NCBI GenBank assembly: GCA_964035545.1
Contig: OZ037765.1
Location: 9,744,698-9,808,697 of the forward strand
Length of the DNA stretch: 64,000 nt
DNA from: Bugula neritina
Taxonomy: Eukaryota > Animalia > Bryozoa
Direction: 5' to 3'
The position numbers were made by a program, and so were the translations under genes. The notes below the pieces were generated by a model, which was not told the DNA's origin, made no database searches, and saw nothing but the letters and a program-made list of their open reading frames with translations. Below are positions 1-9,905 of the stretch, one piece after another. Numbering within the stretch: the stretch's first letter is position 1; the number at the start of each line of letters is the position of its first letter.

Positions 1-2350
1 AGTGTTACAGAGAAACTATCATATCAATATGAATATGACTATGAGTATGAGCATATCAACATGAATGTGAAATTGGATATGACAATAAATGAATAATCAT
101 AAAATTAAAAATAAGCTAACTTCGATATTTAAATTTATTTTTTATATCAAATAATCAATTACCCTTCCACTTTGGGCCTTTCAGTTTTTATATCAAATTC
201 AATATCAATATGAATTAGAATATGAATACAAACTGAAACCTAACTAATAATAATATCAATATGAAGAGATGGCAGGGAAACATTCCTTTCAAAAACTAGT
301 GTCTCACCTTGACTAGAGCTTTACTTAATGATGACTGCCAATTTGAACATTGACCACTTCAAGTTCAAACCCACCTTTTGAGCTAAAACTAAAAGCAAAG
401 CAAAAATAGTGTACCCTAGAATTTCAGATAAAAAAGGAAGTCAGAAATTTGCTAACTTTTCTATTACCGTGAGCATCGAGACTAAGGGTTTCGAAAGCAA
501 AGTCGAAAGGGCAACTCCCAAATGTACTTTATATAACGCAATTTATTACATGTATGTATTTCAATTTTTTGTATATACTTATATGCAAGTGTATACGTAT
601 ATTACAAGCCAACAGTGCTGTTTAATACTGTGAATATGGTTAACTACTGTGATTTCAACTGCACATAAATCGATATCATTACCAATATTAGTTATTAAAT
701 GTGTTTTTATAAATAGTCAAGCCAAATGTTGCAGTATCAATATATGCTACACATTAATGCTCGTGACATGAAAGTATTGATATACATATTAATTAATTAC
801 TTGATGAAAATTTAAAAATAAGTTGAAGTTTTCAAATTTTATAATCTAAAAGTAAAATGCTCTAGCTTGAAAATGTTTGAGCATATATTGCATGCAAGCC
901 AACAAAATTATAATAGCATCATAATAAAGCATTTATTTTCAGATACTAACCAAAAGATTCTTGTTCATATTTTTTAATATTCCTTAACAAACCAATATTC
1001 TGGATTCAAAAATTTCAAGCAGGTATTTAAGAATAATTCGTAAGATGAGTTTTTGATCTATAATAAATTTTGCTGTATATTGAGCCAAGTCATGCAGTTA
1101 TCAACCCATGTGAATGCATTACAAGCAAAAAATATAAACCACTGCAAAAGAGACAAAATAGGCAATGCATAGGCTATTACAGTTATGACAGTGAAGTGGA
1201 GGTTTTTAAGTTCTTTAATGGACTCACTAAGTAATATTATGATGTAACTCTCGGGTTAGTTGAGGGGGGCTGGTATATTGTACGGGTTGCTTGGCTTGGT
1301 TTTAGAGGTAACTCCAGTTCCTTTCCCTCTGTAGAAAGGCCTCTGGGTTTTGGTAATTAGCTGGTAATACTCTGCAGTCTAGAATCTAGGGCTAAGCACT
1401 CACTAGCACACCCTAAAATATTCCTATTAGGTTTCTCTACTTATTCACAATCTCTCTGTATGTACACAAGTTCTGTATATTCAGAACTTTGTATTCACAC
1501 GAACTCAGTATCTGCAGTCTCAATTTTTAGCATCTCTCACTCTCTTATATATTTCTTGAATTATTCTTATTTATCATGTAAGCCACATCTACACTAAATA
1601 CTTATATTACTGAAGCTATATTTACTTATATAGAGTTGTGCTCTCTATGCAAGAGAAGATCACTAACCAAGTTGAAAAATGATGGAGCACATCTGCAAAG
1701 CTGGTATAATATTTGAGGGCAAGTGTCAGTTTTGGAAGACAGCTTTAAGATATATTCCCAAAATAAACTGGTTCGATTGTAATAAACTCAAATCTTAAAG
1801 TTATAGAAACTATAACTGAATAATTTTAATTGGCAATCAGCAGAGGATGATAATTTTAGTGAGAGACTTTAGTTTTTCCATGCCTCAATTGATTAAAGTT
1901 TAATTTTGCATAAATGCTTATATTGTATATAAAAAGACATCATATTTTTATTTGAACCATTTGATTATTTGATTATAATCTGTCTTTACAATAACTAATA
2001 AAAATGTGGTTCATAAAATATTCTGCTATACAATAAAACAAATATTCAAATCACATGCTAGGCTTAATGCTTGTTAATCTAAATCATTTGTCTATAAGAA
2101 AGCATTACTTTTTAACTGCTAAGCTGTTATTTTCAAAACATTCGGTGATATACCTAAACTTTAGAGCAGCACGACTAATATAATTATTCATACATACACT
2201 GTCTTTTTATGCATTAAAGCTCTTGTGAAGCTATGGTTGCCAAGTCATAGTATTTTTAAACAATTTAAACATCAATGAATGATGGGTTAAGCCTTCATAG
2301 TTGTGCAATGGCTTCAACTCATCAAAAAGGCAATGATAGTAACCAAATAT

Positions 2351-2656
2351 TGTTATAGTTTTCAGATTTAGGGTCGATGTGCCACCAAGAGAGTCTATTT
2401 ATCACTAGAGAAACTTCACCGAGTTAAGTCGAGTAGATATCGTTATATTTTATCACAAGAATACATAATAAAATCTAATGTACAACAGTAATGATACGCA
2501 CGTCTATTTAATTTACAGCACTATCCTCAACTGAGCTAGTAGCGCGAAGCTGCTACTATTACTCATAAAACAGCCTAGCTAATTGGCTAATACATTGTTC
2601 CGGGTCAATACGCAACCTTGCGTATTGTGTTGCTGGTAGCTCCACGAGCCACCACA
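2351..2656 (-). repeat. 3' LTR of element A
   Basis: Identical to 8901-9206 and adjacent to the polypurine tract. Confidence 0.97.
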
Positions 2657-2684
2657 CTGCCCCCTCCAGCAGAAAGCCCTCTTT
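2657..2684 (-). other. Polypurine tract of element A
   Basis: Minus strand reads AAAGAGGGCTTTCTGCTGGAGGGGGCAG directly before the LTR TGT. Element B has a similar motif. Confidence 0.85.
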
Positions 2685-2932
2685 CTGATAACAATAAAAT
2701 TTACATTAAAAAAAACGTATACTTCGTTGTGGGGGGGGGAGGAGAACAGTATAAAAGTATATACAAAAAAAAACAAACAACCGATAAAATATACAGGTAT
2801 ATATAAAACGTGCACAATATGTAATAAGTAAGAGAAGGTCCTATTTACATGTAGAGTACGTGCCACCATAACGGTAGGGGATGCCACAGAGAGGTAGGGG
2901 AAGAGTAGTATGGAGTTGGAGATAGACTCAAG

Positions 2933-4006
2933 TTAACTGCGGGCCGCACGCTTCATGCGTTTAATAGACTCCTGTAAATATTTGAGTTCACTGGATGCAG
3001 CCTGCACCCGCGGGGCCAGTCTGTACACTTCTTGCTCCAAGTCGTGTGCCCTAGCTTCTACTTCACGTAGGTTGCGGGCCCAGGGGGACGAGCGAGAGGA
3101 AGTCGGCTGTCTGTGTCTTTTCCGTTCTGAGGATGGAAGGGGAGGAGGGAGTGTATACGCATTCGTGTCTACCCTCTGTAGTACGACACGAGGAAAGGTA
3201 TGCGGTATGCGTAGAGGACTGTGAGGTGGAGAGTTAGTAGACTGTATAGGTTTATCTGCGGCTCCAGAGATGATGGGTCGCGGGGAAGGAAAGCCTTGCT
3301 CCAGGCGAGATAGCCGAGCTGGGTCCGTGATGAGTGGTTTGATGGCGTTGAGAAATGCAGGATAGGATGATTCGTCTACTTCATAGACGTGCCCTTGATA
3401 ACACTGCATAGTACGTTGGTGACGCAGTAGGTAATGACGATTGTAGCTATATTCTCCGCAAGGGCAGAAAGTGGTGATGTAATGTTGCGGCAAGTGTACT
3501 TTCAGTCTGCGGTGGGTTGTAAATCGCTGCTGGCAGAGGTTGCATTCGCGATTACTCTCACCTCCTTGATGAGTCCTAATCTCTCTCTCTGTGGCAGGGG
3601 TAATCCAGTTGGAGGTTGCTTCCAACTGGGGTGGCAGTTGCCTGGTTGTAGAAGTTGTTGGGGCTGGCTCTGGGTCCCACGCCATCTCTAGAGAAGGCAT
3701 GCCCGGAGAGACGGGCGCGAGTGTGTCTACAAAAGTAGAATTATTGTTAGATCGCGGTGGATCTTTACAACATAATTCTAGTGACTGTCGACTGTTGCTA
3801 GCCTGAGAGTCACGGCTTTTGGAATGCACTCGAGGAACCGATGAATCATGTGTGGACTGACCAAGAACAGTGTCTAGCTCCAGGTCTAACAGACCGTCGG
3901 CCATTACAGTGTCCTCATCGTCATTCACATGAAACGTGGTTCCCAGTAATTCTGATTCAATCTGCTGAATTAGTTCAGAATTTACTGGCATCGAGCTCGT
4001 TTCCAT
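2933..4006 (-). CDS. Accessory ORF3 of element A, 357 aa zinc-finger protein
   Basis: Intact ATG-to-stop ORF between pol and the 3' LTR. C-x2-C-x12-H-x3-H (CNLCQQRFTTHRRLKVHLPQH) followed by C-x-C-x12-H-x5-C. Acidic N-terminus, basic RKRHR, C-terminal heptad-like helix. No signal peptide or TM segment. Confidence 0.85.
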   Translation of the reverse strand: METSSMPVNSELIQQIESELLGTTFHVNDDEDTVMADGLLDLELDTVLGQSTHDSSVPRVHSKSRDSQASNSRQSLELCCKDPPRSNNNSTFVDTLAPVSPGMPSLEMAWDPEPAPTTSTTRQLPPQLEATSNWITPATEREIRTHQGGESNRECNLCQQRFTTHRRLKVHLPQHYITTFCPCGEYSYNRHYLLRHQRTMQCYQGHVYEVDESSYPAFLNAIKPLITDPARLSRLEQGFPSPRPIISGAADKPIQSTNSPPHSPLRIPHTFPRVVLQRVDTNAYTLPPPLPSSERKRHRQPTSSRSSPWARNLREVEARAHDLEQEVYRLAPRVQAASSELKYLQESIKRMKRAARS

Positions 4007-4023
4007 GAATAGGAATACAAGAC

Positions 4024-7000
4024 TTATACTGGCTTACCTGGGAACTCGGTATTAATGTCCATACTCAACGTTCTTGGTAAGATTGGAGCTGGTTGTGAGA
4101 TACGTCTGCCTTTGGCGATGTCAGCGTAAGAAAAGGCTGAGCATCGTTTCTGAGGCACGAGGTCGGAACTATTTGCTTTACGCGCATTAATTCCTCCCAC
4201 TATTCCGCCCTCGCAAAAGTTGATATTTGCGTGGGGTTCACAACTCCAACATTTTATCGTACGGTTTTCCCCTAGACTTTCATGTGCGCCGCTTCTAATG
4301 CAGTCACATACGAAGTCTTTTAAATATGGTGGGGGTTTCCTCGTACGCTGTCCCCTTTCTAGGGGGGGTGACACGCTTGCCGGTTCGTTAGTAGGGGCCT
4401 CTAATGGCGTCTCTACTTCACCGTTAGCGGTCACCTCTTCTTGTTCTCCGGATGGAGCCCCTCCCTCCGTGGGGGTTTGCACTTCCGGAACCGGCTCGGT
4501 TTCTGGAAGTGATGGAATTAGACTTGGCGGTGGCGGACACGCTTCTGTTGACAAAAGCTGCCGCTCCTCTCTCACCAAGTTTTCTTCCCGCGGTATGACC
4601 ACTTCGTATTTAGGTCCATGCCGCCGTCGCCCGCGCGTTGTTGTCTGCCTCCTGGGCTCTAACAACGGGGGGGGCTTCTCCCACTCCGTCGGGGCTAGCC
4701 CAATACGGTTTCAAGCGAGACTCATTCTGGATAGACACCTGTCCTGAGCGCTCAATCTTGTACGTATGATTGGGCATAGCCTCGACGACCACGTAGGGTC
4801 CTACGAACTTAAGCTTCAGTTTATCAGCCTGTCCGTGACGCCTACGGTAATTGACCATCCACACCTTATCTCCCGTTTGGTAGAGAGGTGGTTCATCGGA
4901 ATCTTCGTGCCGCACCTTCCACTGCCGTTCGCGCAGTATATCGTGTGCGGCCTTCATCCGTTCCACTAGTTCACTGGCATACTCGTGCACCGAGTTGTCT
5001 TGCTCTGGAACGTGGTAGGTGATATGGTCAGAGACGCGAGTCTCTCTCCCGAGCATCAAGTAATTTGGACATCACTCGCTTGACCCCTGCGTGGGCCTGT
5101 TTGTGAGTATCCCAAACCAACTCACGGCGGATGGCCGTGGGGCAGACTACCCTCTTCCTCTCCGGGTGTCTGCCGCTGGCGGCTAGAGAGATGGTTAGTA
5201 ACCCATCCTGCCCGATCCGCAGCGAGTCCCAACGCTGACAGTATAGCCGGAACTCGGCGCATCCCTGTCGTATGCGTTCCTCGCTGGGTCGTCGCCCTTC
5301 CCTTTTGGCCCGGTATATGTCTGCCACGACTCCAGGCAGCTCTTCTTGGAGCTTCTTCAGCTCTCGAACATTACCGGCCAGTACAGGGTTGGCGCGGAGG
5401 TTTTGTACACCCTCCGGGGGCTCATCAACTCCCTGCCTGAGTTGACCCTGGTCCCAGTCAAACGGTGCTCCGTGGTGAGCCAGCGTCTCCAACTCGCATC
5501 GCGGGGGACCTCCATCCCTCCTCTCGATGTTGAGACACTGTTTGCAACCTCCGTCAGGTCGGCGACTCAACCCATCCGCATTGCTGTGTCTCTTGCCCGG
5601 TCGATGTTCGATCCGGTACGAGAATTCAGCTAGGATTTCGAGCCACCGGGCGACCTGACTAGAGGGCTCTGCTCTCTTGCACAACCAGATCAGCGAGGCA
5701 TGATCCGTACGCAGCCGGAACTTCCTGCCGTATAGGTATGGTCTGAAGTGCTTCACTGACTTGATTACTGCCAGCAGCTCCTTGCGGGTAGTGCAGTAAT
5801 TTCGTTCAGCGGGTGAGAGAGACTTGCTGTAGTAGGCTACTACTACCTCTCGGCCTTCCTGCACTTGTGACAGCACAGCGCCAACATTTTGGTCACTGGC
5901 GTCCGTGTCGAGGATGTACTCCAGAGTGGGGTCTGGGTAGGCCAAGATGGGCGCCGTTAGTAGGCAGCCCTTGAGGCGGTCGAACGCTCCTTGTTCGACT
6001 GGGGTCCACTGCCACGTCACTCCCTTTGCGGTGAGCCGGTTTAACGGCTGGGCTATGCCCGCAAAGTCTGGTATGTATTGCCTGTAATACCCTACCAGCC
6101 CCAAGAAAGCCCGGAGTCCGGTCAAGTCTTGGGGGGTGACCCAGTCTTCTACCGCCCGTACCTTTTCGGGATCCGTTGCCACGCCGTTTCGACCGACAAC
6201 GTGCCCCAGGTACTGGACCTCCGGCTGCAATAGAGCGCACTTGGAAGGTTTGAGCTTAAGACCGGCACCTCGGAGTCTATCGAAAACCTCCTGCAGACGT
6301 CTGACATGTGTCTCGAAGTCTGGAGAGATTACGATGACATCATCGAGGTAGACCAGCAGTGTCTTCCAATGGAGTCCGCTAAGGACTTGTTCCATCAGCC
6401 TCTGGAAGGTGGCTGGGGCGGAGGTTAACCCGAAGGGCAGCACCTTCCACTTCCACAAACCGTCCCGTGTGATAAACGCCGCTTTCTCCTGGGCGTCGGG
6501 ACTCAGAGGAACTTGCCAATAGCCGCTTAGCAAGTCTAACGTACTGAAGTACTTGCTGCCGGCTAGGGCGTCCAATGACTCGTCAATACGAGGTAGAGGG
6601 TAAGCGTCCTGTATGGTTACGCTATTGAGTTTGCGGTAATCCACACAGAACCGCCAACTGCCGTCTTTCTTCCGGACCAGTACGACTGGCGAGCTCCACG
6701 CACTATGGGCGGGCTCTATCAGTCCCCGGTCCAGAAGATCCCGTACTTGTCGGCTAACTTCCTTCTCTTTTTCCGGCCCCAGCCTGCGTGTGGGCTGCCG
6801 GACAGGGACTGTCCCTGCAGTCAGCGGTATCTCGTGTCTGACAACTCCAGTCAGCCCCACGTCATGATCTCCGCTACTGAACACATCACCGTAGTCGCGT
6901 AGCAACTTCGCCATGGCTTGGCGTTCCTTGTTGCTCGCGCAGCCGCCACTGGCTGTTTCGTATAACTCCCGGAGATGTGTTGGGACTGCCCCTCGTCCCT

Positions 7001-8052
7001 GAATAGGGTGTCGAGGGGGTGCCTCCGTCGCGTCACTCAGCGACGGGCCCACGTCCTCTTCCTGGACGGAGTGGAACCGGCGCAGCATTGACCCAGCTGG
7101 GAGCTCAATGGGCTCGGTAAAGGGGTTGACACACTGCACTAAGACCTCCCCTCGCTCAGTTAGTCGGTTTAAACTACTGGCGAGTTGGATCCTTTCGTGC
7201 GCGCCTTCAACGACCCCGAGCCTGGCTATCCGGTTGCTGTTCACTCGGCAGTGGATAGTAGCTCTGGAGCGTCCGGGCACGGTGCAGTTTCGAACTACCT
7301 GAACACCGCCCACCAGAGGACGCCCAAATTTATCCACACAGGCGAGTTCTCGCCCGCCCATCAGCACCACCGACTTACTAAAGTCTATTCGGCACTGGTG
7401 TTGCTTCAAGAAGGGCATTCCGAGGATAGCATCTTCCTCCAGTTGGCCTATGACAAAGGTCTCCTGTACAGCCTGGTCTCGGACACGCCCAGGGAGCTCG
7501 ATAATACCATAAAAGGGAATACATGACCCGTCTGCCAGGGTGCCATGTTCCCCAGTATACGGTCGTACTCTATCCCTGTCCCGGCGGGGCAGTGCCTCAA
7601 AGACTCTACGACTGAGAAGGTTGGTAGTACAACCGGAGTCGAGCAGGAAAGTGACGGCGTTGCCGGCCACCTTTCCGGGTAGGAAATATCTCTCTCCATG
7701 TGGTTGTACTTTCACCCCCCCGCATGTGCTGTCCTGGATTGACAGGACGGCGGGGGTTTCACCCGTGGTTTACGGGGTTTCCGGCGGCGAGGTTGGTGCC
7801 GGCGGGGTTTGGGGCTCTCCACTGGGCCTTCTAGCTCCATTTCAGTGGCGGGCTCCTCTTCCCGAGGTAACCGGTGGAACCGGTTGGCGAGTGGCAGGGA
7901 GAAGGTGCGGGCCTACTAGTCCTGCGTGGTACCTGCCACTCGGGTGGAGTGTTCCGTCGTGTCCGTACGGACAGACGACGGCGTGTCTCACCATACTCCT
8001 TCAGTTGCGGCCCGCGGGGAGGGAGAGTGTCCGCGGGCCGTGACAGTTTAAC
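4024..8052 (-). pseudogene. pol: pol of element A (protease, RT, RNase H, truncated integrase), disrupted
   Basis: ORF 5028-7715 has protease LLDSG, RT WRFCVDYRKLN and YLDD, RNase H DTDASD and NYCTTRKELLAV. Integrase core is deleted at 5060-5068. GPY motif in ORF 4610-5059. Apparent 1-nt frameshifts near 7900, at the 7715-7721 homopolymer and at the 4667-4674 homopolymer, judged against element B. Confidence 0.92.
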
Positions 8053-8867
8053 GCCCCCTGGTATTGGGGTCGTCCTTTCTGTCCCTGGTCCTGACCAGCG
8101 CTACTCCAGCCCTGCCTCACAGGCGTTGGGGACACCCGCAGGGCCTGACCGGGGCCAGCACCGGCCAGAATGGTTACCAGTTTTCCCAGCATCTCTACCA
8201 TACGGTCCACTTCGGCTTCCAGCGGGAGGGCTTCGGGACCTGTCGTAGCCCTGGCAGCGCTGACTCCAACTACTGGTGGGTTCCGTTGTGCTCGATGCAT
8301 TTGGGTAGCCAACAGGTAAGCTTCTCCAGCCTTCAGGGCATCTTCTATTCTGGTTATCCCTTTAGCTCGTAGTTGATGTTGTAGGCCCAGGTCGTTTAGT
8401 GACTGGACAAAGGCGTCATAGGTGTAACGCTCTTGGTGTTGTGCTGGCAGATCGCTATACGCAATCTGCGCCAGCTTCTTCACCGTCGCGGCATGTTCTT
8501 GCAGCGGGGTCCGCGGGGTGCGGCACAATCTCTCTAGCTTGGTCCTAGCGTCTATTGCGGAGATGCCAAAACGGGCCCGCAGCGCAGCTAGTATCCCGTT
8601 TACGTCCGTTCCCACTCCGTACGGCTTGGCTTGTTCCGTCACCGCTCTCCGCAGTTGGATAAGGGCCACTCTATGCGGCCATTGAGCAATTTCCATTACC
8701 TCTCTAAATTCTTGTATAAATTGTTCGACATCTTTCGACCCAGTAAAGGTGGGAGCTTTCAAGCAATATCTATAAGCTTCTTCTCCCTCACGATTCACAA
8801 AATTAACATCATTTCTACGCTCACCTTCTACTGGGGGTGGTTGCATTCTAGCATTTTCAGTCTCCAT
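8001..8867 (-). CDS. gag: gag of element A (288 aa)
   Basis: First ORF after the PBS, clearly homologous to element B gag (LKAPTFTGSKDVEQFIQEF vs LQPPNFGGEGDVEQFIREF). Zinc knuckle is degenerate. Confidence 0.9.
   Translation of the reverse strand: METENARMQPPPVEGERRNDVNFVNREGEEAYRYCLKAPTFTGSKDVEQFIQEFREVMEIAQWPHRVALIQLRRAVTEQAKPYGVGTDVNGILAALRARFGISAIDARTKLERLCRTPRTPLQEHAATVKKLAQIAYSDLPAQHQERYTYDAFVQSLNDLGLQHQLRAKGITRIEDALKAGEAYLLATQMHRAQRNPPVVGVSAARATTGPEALPLEAEVDRMVEMLGKLVTILAGAGPGQALRVSPTPVRQGWSSAGQDQGQKGRPQYQGALNCHGPRTLSLPAGRN
8008..8052 (-). promoter_or_regulatory. -1 ribosomal frameshift signal (gag-pol) of element A
   Basis: G_TTA_AAC in gag frame (8046-8052), 5-nt spacer, perfect 10-bp GC stem CGGCCCGCGG/CCGCGGGCCG with a 13-nt loop. 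Confidence 0.75.
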
Positions 8868-8881
8868 CTTTGATGTACACT

Positions 8882-8899
8882 ATCCCACTGCTGCCACCA
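8882..8899 (-). other. Primer-binding site of element A (tRNA-Leu)
   Basis: TGGTGGCAGCAGTGGGAT, 1 nt inside the 5' LTR boundary. Complementary, with one difference, to the metazoan tRNA-Leu 3' end ATCCCACCGCTGCCACCA. Confidence 0.85.
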
Positions 8900-8900
8900 C

Positions 8901-9206
8901 TGTTATAGTTTTCAGATTTAGGGTCGATGTGCCACCAAGAGAGTCTATTTATCACTAGAGAAACTTCACCGAGTTAAGTCGAGTAGATATCGTTATATTT
9001 TATCACAAGAATACATAATAAAATCTAATGTACAACAGTAATGATACGCACGTCTATTTAATTTACAGCACTATCCTCAACTGAGCTAGTAGCGCGAAGC
9101 TGCTACTATTACTCATAAAACAGCCTAGCTAATTGGCTAATACATTGTTCCGGGTCAATACGCAACCTTGCGTATTGTGTTGCTGGTAGCTCCACGAGCC
9201 ACCACA
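8901..9206 (-). repeat. 5' LTR of element A
   Basis: Identical to 2351-2656 and adjacent to the PBS. Confidence 0.97.
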
Positions 9207-9319
9207 ATATCAATTTACCATTATATTGCCAAATTGTTTACTTTCTTATTGATAATAAATAACTTGTTGTTTTTCAAAACTTCTATGTTTTGTAAAAAAT
9301 CTATATTGATAATTAATAT

Positions 9320-9855
9320 TGTGATAGATTCTCATCCTTTACTGTAACTGCGTGTGTCAGTATTATAATTACTGTTGCGTATATTTTGAATGCTGTAATT
9401 GTAGCTAAGTTGGGCTAGCTTTCTAATGCCTTATTATTGTGATTGTTGTTAAAGCTTTCAGTATAATGTAATTTTCATGAAATACTGTGATAGATTGTGC
9501 CTTGGTTTTGTTGTTTGCTAAATAATGTTAATTGAGGTCCGATGTTTGGAGTTCCGAGTTTCGGCTTGTCCGAAGATCGGTCCTCCCGATCTTCGGCCCT
9601 GCCGAATTTCGGAGCTACCGAACTTCGGACCACACACACAAAAGATTCTTTGTTCTATGTTCTTTTGTTCGCTGTATATAAAAGCAGGCGAGTTACGGTG
9701 TAAAGTCAGACTACTACTGGAGCTCGCTGGTAGTAGGACCACATAAGCTGTATCTGATGCAAATAAAGTTATCTTTCATTCGTATTCAAATACTTGGCTT
9801 ATTCTCTCTAGAGCATGTAGGCACTAGTTGCATTCAAAACCCACAGTTTACTACA
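9320..9855 (+). repeat. 5' LTR of element B
   Basis: TG...CA ends. TATATAAAA at 9675-9683, AATAAA at 9762-9767. Copy at 16078-16613. Confidence 0.97.
9539..9628 (+). promoter_or_regulatory. Array of six CCGA-N3-TCGG palindromes in U3 of the element B LTR
   Basis: Motifs start at 9539, 9554, 9570, 9586, 9602 and 9618 (15-16 bp period), ending about 45 bp upstream of the TATA box. The regulatory role is inferred. Confidence 0.6.
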
Positions 9856-9856
9856 T

Positions 9857-9874
9857 TGGTGGCAGCGGTGGGAT
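9857..9874 (+). other. Primer-binding site of element B (tRNA-Leu)
   Basis: TGGTGGCAGCGGTGGGAT is the exact complement of the metazoan tRNA-Leu(AAG/TAG) 3' end including CCA. Confidence 0.9.
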
Positions 9875-9905
9875 TTACGAATAACTAGTTGCCGAGCGGC
9901 ATACA

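Larger units (their letters stand above)
2351..9206 (-). mobile_element. Ty3/Gypsy LTR retrotransposon A (both LTRs present, internally defective)
   Basis: Two 306-bp LTRs (2351-2656, 8901-9206), identical by eye, TG...CA ends. ATAT TSD at 2347-2350 and 9207-9210. PBS and PPT present. gag, then PR-RT-RNaseH-IN order. Confidence 0.97.

Noticed and set aside
1244-1600. Possible solo LTR (TGTAAC start, slightly GC-richer)
   Set aside because: No matching end, TSD or second copy could be established.
2933-4006. ORF3 as an env gene
   Set aside because: No signal peptide, no fusion-peptide arrangement and no TM anchor; it has zinc-finger motifs instead.
9539-9628. CRISPR-like repeat array
   Set aside because: Eukaryotic LTR context, 11-bp repeats with 4-5-bp spacers, and no cas genes.
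9518-9746. Short ORFs on both strands in LTR B (also 16276-16504)
   Set aside because: Non-ATG starts and by-products of the palindromic GC patch; duplicated only because the LTR is.
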